Positions 1 through 8,410 of a stretch of DNA of 64,000 nucleotides are shown here, in pieces. A program made the translations under genes and the position numbers. The stretch covers positions 91,191 to 155,190 of the forward strand of contig JAZKFH010000038.1 in the NCBI GenBank assembly GCA_040386535.1, written 5' to 3'. The notes below the pieces were generated by a model. It saw nothing but the letters and a program-made list of their open reading frames with translations, was not told the origin of the DNA and searched no databases. How positions within the stretch are numbered: the stretch's first letter is position 1; each line of letters begins with the position of its first letter. The stretch is from Myxococcota bacterium (GTDB taxonomy: Bacteria > Myxococcota_A > UBA796 > SXON01).

Positions 1-84
1 CCCACGCGGTGCGCGCCTGGGAGCGGACCTCGGCCACGAGCGACATGCCGCACGATAGCACCCGCCTGCGTTACCGAGGCGCGG

Positions 85-732
85 ATGCCGCCCTTGCCGA
101 AGGAGATCCGCGCCCGCCTCGCCTCGCGGGGCCCGCGGGACCACGTCCGGATGCTCCAGCGTTGGCACGGCACGCCGTTCGCCGCGGTGGAGGCCCACGT
201 GCCGCGCGCGGGCACGATCGTGGACGCGGGGTGTGGCTTCGGGATGTTCGCGGCGGTGCTCGCGATCGGGGCGCCGGAGCGCCGCGTGGTGGGCCTCGAT
301 CTGGACGGCGCTAAGATCGCGCGGGCGCGGGAGTTGTTCGGCACGTTCGGCACGTTCGTGGAGGGAGACCTCGCGGATGCCGCGCTCCCGCCGTGCCGAG
401 CGGTCGTGCTCTACGACGTGTTGCACCACCTCCGCGACCCCGTGGTGGAGCGGGTGCTCGCCGCCGCGTACGATCGCGTGGAGCCCGGGGGCACGCTCGT
501 GGTCAAGGAGAACGACGTGGCGCCGCTGTGGAAGCGCGGGATCTCCGAGCTGGTGGAGGCCGTGGCGGTTGGGTCCGGCCTGACGCGGAGTGACCCGTGG
601 CGGTTCCGGAGCCGCGATGCATGGGTGCGGGTGATCGAGGCGGCGGGGTTCCGCGTCACCCTCGCGACGGCGCTCGCATCGCCCGGGTACGGCCGCCTCC
701 TGCCGCACTCGTTGTTCGTGGCGTCACGATGA
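85..732 (+). CDS. Class I SAM-dependent methyltransferase
   Basis: IVDAGCGFG motif I, GLDLD, DVLHH; GC-typical codon use. Confidence 0.9.
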   Translation: MPPLPKEIRARLASRGPRDHVRMLQRWHGTPFAAVEAHVPRAGTIVDAGCGFGMFAAVLAIGAPERRVVGLDLDGAKIARARELFGTFGTFVEGDLADAALPPCRAVVLYDVLHHLRDPVVERVLAAAYDRVEPGGTLVVKENDVAPLWKRGISELVEAVAVGSGLTRSDPWRFRSRDAWVRVIEAAGFRVTLATALASPGYGRLLPHSLFVASR

Positions 733-756
733 CGGCGTCGTGATGACGGCCTCGCG

Positions 757-2334
757 ATGAAGCTGCTGCGCGTGTGGGTGCTCGTGCGGCTCCTGGTGCC
801 GCTCCTGGTGCTGCTGATCGTCGTGGTCGTGGCGCCCGCGATGGTGGGCGGGATCGTCGGGGGCTGGCTGACGGGGCTCGACTACGCGCACGGCTTCGTG
901 AAGTCCCTGCTCGTGGCGTGGCAGTCGATGCTCGTGCGCGAGGCGCGCCTGCTCGCGCTCGTGGCGCTCCTGATGGGCGGCGGCGCCGTGCTGGTGGGGC
1001 TGGAGCGGCGGCGCTGGGCCGTGGGCGCCGCGGGTACGCTGATCGTGGCGGTGGCGATCCTCCGGCCGCTCACGTGGTGGACGGTCCCGCTGGCCGCGAC
1101 GCTCTTCGCGCTGAACGTGGCGCCGGTGGCGCGCGTGACGCGGTGGGGGGCGCGGGGGCGGGTGTTGGCGTGGATCCCGGGCACGGAGCTGGTGGCGCCG
1201 GGGCTCGTGGCGGCTGCGGTCGGCGCGGGGCCGCGGCTGTTGACGGTGGCGGGGGCGCTCGGCGGGCTCGTCGTGGCGGGCCTGTGGGTGGGCGTGGACA
1301 CGGCGGCGAACTTCTGGGCGTACGAGCGCTACGTGTTCGCGCCGTGGCCCGACGATCGGGTGGATCCGCGCGTCACGACGATCGCGCGGGCGCCGGCCGG
1401 GGTGAAATGTGACTTTCACGACATCGACATCGTGGGGGACCGCGCGGTGGTGGTGGCGGAGACGACGCTCCAGCTGCTGTCGGTGCCATTGAGCGGGGGC
1501 GGCGCGCCGGCGACGTGGCCGCTGACGCCGTGGTGGGGCGCGATGGAGGGGCTCGCGATGGACAGCGAGACCGATCCCGCGACGGGCGACACGTGGTTCC
1601 TCTCGGGGCCGGACACGGTGACGGGGGTGGCGTACGTGCCGGACGGGGGAGCGGGAGCGTGGACCAAGGTCGCGCAGTCGCCCAGGTTGCCGGCGTACCT
1701 GCACCACACCTACATGCACTGGCTCGGCGAGCGCGACCTGCTCGTGCTCTTCAGCATCGGCACCGCCAATACGCGCGAGGACAGCTGGATGATCGAGCTG
1801 GACACGCCGGGGCTGCGCACGCCGACGCCGCGGCGCCTCCGCCTCGCCGACGGGACGCGGCCGCCGATCTTCCGCGACATCGCGTGGGTGGCGAGCCAGG
1901 GCAAGTTCGTGCTGGCGCCCGACTTCGGCGAGCGGCTGTACCTCGCGGAGCCGGGCAGCCCCGTCGTGACCCCGTGGATCACCCTGCCGACGCTCAACGG
2001 GCGCCTGACGTGGGTGCCGGGCCTCGACCGCCTCTTCGTGCCGCTCCCCAACAAGCCCGAGCTCTGGATCGTGGACCCCGCGACCGGCGGCATCGAGGTG
2101 TTTCCGACGCAACCGGGGGTGCGCACGGTGGCGGTGGACGTGGCGCGGGGGCTTGTGCTCACGGCGTCGGTGCTCACGGGGCGCGTGCTGGTGCAGCGGC
2201 TGGCGGACGGCTCGGTCGTGGACCGCTTCGGCACGCTCATGCCGATGGTGCGCACCCTGGCCCTCTCGTCAGAGGAGGGGGTCGCGCTGCTCTCGACGTG
2301 GACGGCGCTGTATCGGATCCCGTATGCGGAGTGA
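757..2334 (+). CDS. Membrane protein with N-terminal TM helices and C-terminal beta-propeller-like (YncE-like) domain
   Basis: Hydrophobic N-terminal ~185 aa, then repeated beta-strand blades (DIDIV, GLAMD, DIAWV, TVAVD). Confidence 0.7.
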   Translation: MKLLRVWVLVRLLVPLLVLLIVVVVAPAMVGGIVGGWLTGLDYAHGFVKSLLVAWQSMLVREARLLALVALLMGGGAVLVGLERRRWAVGAAGTLIVAVAILRPLTWWTVPLAATLFALNVAPVARVTRWGARGRVLAWIPGTELVAPGLVAAAVGAGPRLLTVAGALGGLVVAGLWVGVDTAANFWAYERYVFAPWPDDRVDPRVTTIARAPAGVKCDFHDIDIVGDRAVVVAETTLQLLSVPLSGGGAPATWPLTPWWGAMEGLAMDSETDPATGDTWFLSGPDTVTGVAYVPDGGAGAWTKVAQSPRLPAYLHHTYMHWLGERDLLVLFSIGTANTREDSWMIELDTPGLRTPTPRRLRLADGTRPPIFRDIAWVASQGKFVLAPDFGERLYLAEPGSPVVTPWITLPTLNGRLTWVPGLDRLFVPLPNKPELWIVDPATGGIEVFPTQPGVRTVAVDVARGLVLTASVLTGRVLVQRLADGSVVDRFGTLMPMVRTLALSSEEGVALLSTWTALYRIPYAE

Positions 2335-2339
2335 ACGAA

Positions 2340-2489
2340 GGGGGTCTGACCTTACGACTTATCACCTGCGACAGGAGAACCTCCACAATGCGGGAGGGGG
2401 GTCTGACCTTACGACTTATCACCTGCGACAGGCGAACGCCGACAATTGCCGCGTTCGCCAAGTGATAAGTAATGAGGTCTGACCCCTCC
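2340..2489. repeat. REP/REPIN-like composite: two 36-bp direct repeats (57-bp period) plus an inverted partial copy
   Basis: GGGGGTCTGACCTTACGACTTATCACCTGCGACAGG at 2340-2375 and 2397-2432; 2462-2489 is an imperfect reverse complement; inner hairpin GGCGAACGC/GCGTTCGCC at 2431-2459. Confidence 0.85.
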
Positions 2490-2522
2490 CGTCGGATTGT
2501 CGGGGCCGTTCGGGTGGCCGGG

Positions 2523-3389
2523 ATGCTTCTCCTGGTGGGCTTCTTCGCGGCGCGCACCGACTGGGGCATCGTCGCCGCCGCGCTCACGGGACCGCGCGCG
2601 CCCGTGTGGCTCGCCGCCGCGCTCGGCGCCTACGCCGTGGGCCAGGTCGGCAACGGCCTCGCGTGGCGCGGCCTGCTCGCGACGACCGGCGTGCTCGTGC
2701 CCTTCGACGCCATGATCCGCCACGACCTCTCCAGCGTGTTCTGGTCGACCGTGCTCCCCGGCGGGGTCGCGGGCGAGGTCGTGAAGGGCGCGCGGCTCGC
2801 CCGCACCGTCGACGTCGGCGCCGTCACCGTCTCGCTCCTCACCGCCCGGCTCGTCGGCGGCACCGTCTCCTGCCTGCTCGCGCTCGCCGCGCTCCCCTGG
2901 TCCGGCATCGTCGGCCTGCCCCGCACCGTCGGCATCCTGGCGCTGCTCGGCACCACTGCCGTCGGCCTCGGCGGCCTCGCCGTTGTCCGCATCGGCCCGT
3001 CCGCGCTCGCCCGCGTCCCGTGGCTGGCCGCCCGCGTGCCGCTCGGCCCGTTCCCGCCCGTTCCCGCCGTGTTCGCCGCCGCCGCGCTCACGTTCGCCAC
3101 CCACGTCAGCTTCGCCGCCGTCTACAGCCTGTGTTTCGCCGCCGCGGGCCATCCCGTCTCGCTCGCGGACGGGGCGGTCATCTGCGCGCTCACGTCGGTT
3201 GCCCAGCTCGCGCCGGTCACGGTGGGCGGGTTCGGCGTGCGCGAGCTCACCATCGCGGGCCTGGGCGCCACGCTCGTGCCCGCCGCCGCCGCGGACGCCG
3301 CCGCCGTGGCGCTCACTGCCACGTTCACGGTGGTGGTGGCGCTCGGGGGGCTCGTGGAGCTGGGCCGGCTGCGCGCGGTGCCGACGTGA
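2523..3389 (+). CDS. Lysylphosphatidylglycerol synthase TM domain / flippase-like membrane protein
   Basis: WR...LPGGVAGEVVK and PVTVGGFGVRE motifs; multi-TM. Start uncertain (GTG 2514 or ATG 2523); ATG 2472 lies inside the repeat. Confidence 0.8.
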   Translation: MLLLVGFFAARTDWGIVAAALTGPRAPVWLAAALGAYAVGQVGNGLAWRGLLATTGVLVPFDAMIRHDLSSVFWSTVLPGGVAGEVVKGARLARTVDVGAVTVSLLTARLVGGTVSCLLALAALPWSGIVGLPRTVGILALLGTTAVGLGGLAVVRIGPSALARVPWLAARVPLGPFPPVPAVFAAAALTFATHVSFAAVYSLCFAAAGHPVSLADGAVICALTSVAQLAPVTVGGFGVRELTIAGLGATLVPAAAADAAAVALTATFTVVVALGGLVELGRLRAVPT

Positions 3390-3434
3390 GCGAATGTGCT
3401 TGACGCTCGGGCAATAGATCGGGACGATGGGCGC

Positions 3435-3761
3435 ATGCTCCACGTCTGCCCCGCCTGCAAATGCCACGTCCGCGCCACCGATGCCGCCTGCCCCCATTGT
3501 GGTGCGTCCACCGCGGTCGCGCGCTCGCCTTCGCGCCCCATCGCGTTGTCGCTGATCGGCCTCGCCCTGGGCGGCTGTGTCTCGATGTACGGGGTCATCG
3601 TCACGAAGGACGAGGGACTGGGCGACGAGGATGCGGACGCCGACGGCTGGCTCCTGTCCGAGGGCGACTGTGACGACGACGACGACACGATCCACCCCGA
3701 AGCCGAGGAGACCCCGGGCGACGGCGTGGACTCCAACTGTGACGAGGCGGACGACACGTAG
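3435..3761 (+). CDS. Small putative radical SAM substrate: zinc ribbon + lipobox-like segment + MYG motif + MopE-type metal-binding motif
   Basis: CPACxCH..CPHC; LALGGC; MYG at 3585-3593; DCDDxDxxIHPxAxExxGDGVDSNCD. Confidence 0.75.
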   Translation: MLHVCPACKCHVRATDAACPHCGASTAVARSPSRPIALSLIGLALGGCVSMYGVIVTKDEGLGDEDADADGWLLSEGDCDDDDDTIHPEAEETPGDGVDSNCDEADDT

Positions 3762-3776
3762 GCTGCCGGAGTCACC

Positions 3777-4994
3777 TCACTCCTCCGCCCACGCCTCCTC
3801 CACGATCTCGAACCGGCCGAAGTCGTAGGGCACCCCCTCCGGCTGAACCACGGACACGAGCCGCTCGCGCTTGCCTTGCTTTCGGAGCGTGTCCGCGCGG
3901 TAGTAGCAGAACGGGTTGTTGCCACGTTTGCCCAGCGTGCAATGGGAGGTGAACGAGCACCCGCCCTTGCAGATGTCAGCGTAGTAGCAGCCCTTGCAGA
4001 AGCCCCACAAGTCTTCGGTGCCACGTTCGCGGGTGAAGGCGAGCTCGGGCGCTGTTGCCCAGATCTGCTCCAGGGACACGTCCCGCACGTTGCCGCCCGT
4101 GTACGGCGCGGTGGGGAGCGAGGGGCAGCCCTTCACGACGCCGTCGGATTCGATGCCCAGCACGTGTTTGCCGGCGTTGCAGCCGGTCCACCACGACTCC
4201 GTGCCGCCGGGGCTGCTCCGGAGGAGCTGCTCGTGCGGGCCGTAGTAGCCCACGTTGTTTCCGGCGATGACATAAAAGGCCCGGCTCGGCGGGATGCCAT
4301 TCTTGCGCGCGAATTGGATCGACTCGGTCTGGAGCACCGCGAGGGTGTCGATCACCTCGAGGATTTGCCAGGGCGCGAGGATCCATTCGGGGTGGTCGGC
4401 CGCGCGGCCCATCGGCACGGTGAGCTGGGCGCGCCACGCGCGGGTGCCGGTGGCGCGCAGCAGCTCGCAGGTCTCGCGCAGGTGGTCCTTGTTGAGGCGG
4501 TTCACCTGGGTGTTCACCGTGGTGATCATCCCGAGCGCGTGGGCCGCGTCGAGCGCGCGGAGGGCGGCGGCGTGGCTGCCGGGCCGGGCACGGAGCAGAT
4601 CGTGGATGGCGGCCGGCCCGTCGACCGACACGCCGATGGCGGCGAGCCCCGCCTCCTTGAAACGGCGCGCACGCTCGGGGGTGAAAGCCATGCCGCCCGT
4701 CTGCATCGTGACGCGCACGCCCGCGCCGTGCAGGTACGCCACGATCTCGTAGACATCGGGCCGCAGGTAGGCCTCGCCCCCGATGATCGTGACCTCGCGC
4801 GTGCCGAGCTTCACGATGGACGCGGCCACGTCGAGCAGCTCGGCGGTGGTGAGCTCGTCCGACCGCGCGGCGCCGGCCCGTGATCCGCAGTGGGCGCAGG
4901 CGTGGTCGCACCGGAGCGTCAGCTCCCACACCGTGTAGATCGGGCGCGCCTGGTCGAAGTCTTCGGGCCGGAGCGTGCGGACGGGCGTCTTCAT
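3777..4994 (-). CDS. Radical SAM/SPASM maturase, PlpX (splicease)/GDL-associated type
   Basis: WELTLRCDHACAHCGSRAG (CxxxCxxC); SPASM CNAG..GIESDG.VKGCPSLPT..LWGFCKGCYYADICKGGC..GNNPFCYYRA; start set at MKTPVR (4994). Confidence 0.88.
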   Translation of the reverse strand: MKTPVRTLRPEDFDQARPIYTVWELTLRCDHACAHCGSRAGAARSDELTTAELLDVAASIVKLGTREVTIIGGEAYLRPDVYEIVAYLHGAGVRVTMQTGGMAFTPERARRFKEAGLAAIGVSVDGPAAIHDLLRARPGSHAAALRALDAAHALGMITTVNTQVNRLNKDHLRETCELLRATGTRAWRAQLTVPMGRAADHPEWILAPWQILEVIDTLAVLQTESIQFARKNGIPPSRAFYVIAGNNVGYYGPHEQLLRSSPGGTESWWTGCNAGKHVLGIESDGVVKGCPSLPTAPYTGGNVRDVSLEQIWATAPELAFTRERGTEDLWGFCKGCYYADICKGGCSFTSHCTLGKRGNNPFCYYRADTLRKQGKRERLVSVVQPEGVPYDFGRFEIVEEAWAEE

Positions 4995-5017
4995 GCCACC
5001 ATGGTAGCCGACGAAGC

Positions 5018-6175
5018 TCAAGGCTTGAGCACCACCTTCACGCAGTCCTCCAACTTGTCGTTGAAGATGCGGTAGGCGCGCGGCGCGTCCTCGAGCGGCA
5101 GGATGTGGGAGGGGATGTCGTGCGCCACGAGCCGCTCCTCGGTGAGCAGGGCGAGGATCGCGTCCATGCTCGACTGGGGATCGGACTGGCCGCCGTGCAC
5201 GGTGAGCCCCTTGTCGAAGGGGCGGTGGAGCGGGAAGTTGTCGTAGGTGGAGCCGTACACGCCGAGCACGCTCACGCGCCCGCAGCGGCGCACCGCGCGC
5301 ATGCACCCGTCGAGAGCGGAGATGCTGCCGGCCTGTCCGTGCATCACGTTCGCCACCTTCTCCAGCGGGCTCCGACGCACCTCCATGCCCACCGCGTCGA
5401 TACACACGTCGGGCCCGCGCCCGTCCGTCATCGCGCGGAGCACGCCGACCGGCTCGTCCTTCGACGCGTCGATGGTCTCGCCGCGCGTGACCTGGCGCGC
5501 CTTCTCCAGGCGGTACGGCAGGATGTCCACGAGGATCACGCGCTCCGCGCCGCGCAGCCACGCGATCTTGGCGGTGGCGAGCCCCACCGGCCCCGCGCCG
5601 AAGATCGCCACCGTCTCCCCGGCCGCGAGCCCCGACCACTCGATGCCCGCCCAGCCGGTCGGGAGGATGTCACTGGCAAAAAGCACGTGCTCGTCAGGGA
5701 TGTCGTCGGGCACGCGCCGCACGGTGGCGTCGATCCAGGGCACCCGCGCGGCCTCGGCCTGCCCGCCGTCGTGGCCCCCGTACAGGTCGGTGTAACCAAA
5801 CAACCCGCCCCCCTTGCCGGCGAGCAGCGCGCCCTCGGGCCCGTAGTTCTTCGGGTTGGATCGCTCGCAGTGCGAGGGGTGCGCGTGCATGCAGAACCAG
5901 CACGACCCGCACGTCACGGAGAAGCCGACCACGACGCGGTCACCGGCCTTGACCCGGTGCACGTCGGTCCCGACGGCCTCGACCACCCCCATGAACTCGT
6001 GGCCGAGCACCATCGGCCGCGGTTGGGGCAGAAACCCATTGTAGATGTGCAGGTCGCTGCCACAGATCGCGGTCGACGTGATCCGCACGATTCCATCCGT
6101 CGGGCTCTCGATCGTCGGGTCGGGCACCTGCTCCACCCGCACGTCCTTGGGCTTGTGGAAGACGACGGCTTTCAT
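5018..6175 (-). CDS. Zinc-dependent alcohol/formaldehyde dehydrogenase (MDR family)
   Basis: ICGSDLH, GHE, CGSCWFC..C, GAGPVG. Confidence 0.93.
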   Translation of the reverse strand: MKAVVFHKPKDVRVEQVPDPTIESPTDGIVRITSTAICGSDLHIYNGFLPQPRPMVLGHEFMGVVEAVGTDVHRVKAGDRVVVGFSVTCGSCWFCMHAHPSHCERSNPKNYGPEGALLAGKGGGLFGYTDLYGGHDGGQAEAARVPWIDATVRRVPDDIPDEHVLFASDILPTGWAGIEWSGLAAGETVAIFGAGPVGLATAKIAWLRGAERVILVDILPYRLEKARQVTRGETIDASKDEPVGVLRAMTDGRGPDVCIDAVGMEVRRSPLEKVANVMHGQAGSISALDGCMRAVRRCGRVSVLGVYGSTYDNFPLHRPFDKGLTVHGGQSDPQSSMDAILALLTEERLVAHDIPSHILPLEDAPRAYRIFNDKLEDCVKVVLKP

Positions 6176-6302
6176 GGCGTTCACCCCAACGATCAGGGTA
6201 GGGCGGTGGGCGGGTCGGGCAAGGGTGGATGTAGCGCGGCGCGGTCCGGTTGCGGAGACGGCGGGCTCGCCATACACGCGAGCCATCCACCCGAGTTGGC
6301 GA

Positions 6303-7310
6303 ATGCACGTCCCGGACATCCAAGAGTTTTCCCTCCACTGGCCGGGGCCCCAGACCGGCTCGACCCACGAGCTGGTCATCAGCCCGCGGTTCATCTACGT
6401 CACCGGGCAGAAGATGGACCGGGTGGCGAAGCTCGACCATCAGGGCAAGCTGCTCGATCACTACATCATGCCGGCGGGGAGCGGTCCGCACGGCCTGTTG
6501 TTGGACAAGGAAGGCCGGCTCTGGGTGTCACTGGAGTTCCACGGGAAGGTGGTCCGGTTGGATGACGTCGGACGGATCGCCCAGGAGGTCGACGTCCACA
6601 TTCATGTCAAGGGTGCGAGCCGCCCGATCAATCCGGCGCCGCACGGCATCACCCTGGATGCGGACGGCGAATCCATCTGGTTCACGGGAAAGCGGACCAG
6701 CACGATCGGCAAGATTCAGCCAGGCGGCTCGGTCGTCCATTTCCAACTCGAGACGCTCGCCGCGCTGCCGATCTTCCTCTCCGCCGGCCCCGACGGCGGC
6801 ATCTGGGGCACGGAGCTGCTCGGAAGCTCCATCCTCCACATCTTGCCGTGGGGCGAGGTGCAGGAGTTTCCGACCCCTACCATGAACAGCAGGCCGATCG
6901 CCGTGATCCCCGATCCGGCGGGGAAGTACATGTGGTTCACGGAGGAGGCGGGCGTCAAGGTGGGCCGGGTCGACATGGCGGGGAACATCACGGAGTTCCC
7001 CGTTCCCGCGCTCCAGAAGAACGACATCCTCGGATCGCTGACGTTCGATGGGGCTGGCAACCTGTGGGTGCAGGTCTATGCGGACTGTAACAGCCGCGAG
7101 CCCCACGGAGAGGGCTACCTCGTCCGGTTCGACCGCTCCATCCATGACGTGGCCGGCTCCGATTCGCCTGGTGTTCCGTACCGGGTCTTCCCGGTTCCGA
7201 GCGGCGAGAAGTCCATGATGCACCGCATCAAGACAGATGGAGAGGGCAACCTCTGGTACACGGAGATGATGACGGATCGGCTCGGGAAGGTCAGCCTCAC
7301 CGGCGGTTGA
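6303..7310 (+). CDS. Vgb (virginiamycin B lyase)-like beta-propeller protein
   Basis: Repeated PHG.....G.LW / GPDGGIWGTE / GNLWYTE blades. Confidence 0.8.
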   Translation: MHVPDIQEFSLHWPGPQTGSTHELVISPRFIYVTGQKMDRVAKLDHQGKLLDHYIMPAGSGPHGLLLDKEGRLWVSLEFHGKVVRLDDVGRIAQEVDVHIHVKGASRPINPAPHGITLDADGESIWFTGKRTSTIGKIQPGGSVVHFQLETLAALPIFLSAGPDGGIWGTELLGSSILHILPWGEVQEFPTPTMNSRPIAVIPDPAGKYMWFTEEAGVKVGRVDMAGNITEFPVPALQKNDILGSLTFDGAGNLWVQVYADCNSREPHGEGYLVRFDRSIHDVAGSDSPGVPYRVFPVPSGEKSMMHRIKTDGEGNLWYTEMMTDRLGKVSLTGG

Positions 7311-7343
7311 CCGAGCCGCGAGGCGCCGGGGTTACACTCCCCC

Positions 7344-7814
7344 ATGACCTGGTGGACCCCCCTCGACTCCGCGGTCGGCCCGCTCGTGGCGGTGGCCGAC
7401 ACCAACGGCGCGCTCACCCACCTCGCGTTCGCGCCCTGGGCGCCGCCCGCCGAGGCGCGTCTGGACGTGGCTCCCTTTGCCGCGCTCGTCACCTGGCTCG
7501 AAGCGTACGCGGCGCGTGTAGACCCTTCCGTCGACGTCCCGATGGCGCCGGCGGGCACGGCGTTCCAGCGCCGCGTGTGGGCGGCCCTGCGCGCCATCCC
7601 GTTCGGGCGCACCACCTCCTACGGCGCCCTGGCCCTCACGCTCGGCGGGCCCACGCTCACGCGCGCCGTGGGCGGCGCCAACGGGGCGAACCCAATCGCG
7701 ATCGTGGTGCCCTGCCACCGGGTCATCGGCGCGGACGGGGGGCTCGTGGGGTACGCGGGCGGGATGTCGAACAAACGGGCATTGTTGCGCCACGAGGGCG
7801 TGTTGTTGATCTGA
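7344..7814 (+). CDS. ogt: Methylated-DNA--protein-cysteine methyltransferase
   Basis: [30 protein letters not shown] active site. Confidence 0.95.
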   Translation: MTWWTPLDSAVGPLVAVADTNGALTHLAFAPWAPPAEARLDVAPFAALVTWLEAYAARVDPSVDVPMAPAGTAFQRRVWAALRAIPFGRTTSYGALALTLGGPTLTRAVGGANGANPIAIVVPCHRVIGADGGLVGYAGGMSNKRALLRHEGVLLI

Positions 7815-7932
7815 GGGGGCCGGGCTCGGGCGTTGCTCCGCGTCGTCGTCTTCCACCTCTACTTCTGACCCGCGGTGGCGGCTTGCCCCGCCGCGCGTCG
7901 ACCCATAGGTGCCTCTCCACAGGGAAACACCC

Positions 7933-8367
7933 ATGATCTCGCAGATCCTCGTCGCGATCGACGGTTCGGAGCACGCCCAGCGCGCGGCGTACTACGCGCG
8001 TGACCTCGCCCGGCAGACCAATGCCACGCTGACCATGCTGGTGGCGGTCACGCCCCCTTCGGCGGTCACCATCCCGCCGTTCGACGCGGTGTCGATCACC
8101 GAGTCGAACCCGAACCCCGAACACCTCGCGGCCGCGCAGGTGCTGATGGACGAGATCATCGCCGACCTCGGGCATGGGCGCGCCATCCCCCAGGTGACCG
8201 TGGGCCCGGTGCCCGCTGAGATCATCGTGAGTGAGGCGGCGCGTCTCGGCGTCGATCTCGTCGTCGTCGGCGCGCGGGGCGTGGGCGCGGCCGAGCGTTT
8301 CCTGCTCGGCTCCGTGAGCGATCGCGTGGTGCGCGAGGCGAACCGGCCCGTGCTCGTGATTCACTGA
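7933..8367 (+). CDS. Universal stress protein (UspA family)
   Basis: ILVAIDGS; DLVVVGARG....FLLGSVSDRVV....PVLV. Confidence 0.93.
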   Translation: MISQILVAIDGSEHAQRAAYYARDLARQTNATLTMLVAVTPPSAVTIPPFDAVSITESNPNPEHLAAAQVLMDEIIADLGHGRAIPQVTVGPVPAEIIVSEAARLGVDLVVVGARGVGAAERFLLGSVSDRVVREANRPVLVIH

Positions 8368-8410
8368 CATTTTCCGTCACGGCATGCGCGAACTCGGCGT
8401 ATCCTCGGGC

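Noticed and set aside
2340..2432. 36-bp direct repeats as a CRISPR array
   Set aside because: Only two copies, a 21-bp spacer, a third copy inverted, and no cas genes in the window
4995..5639. N-terminal extension of the radical SAM ORF (possible RRE)
   Set aside because: Off-frame overlap with the dehydrogenase gene; low-complexity translation
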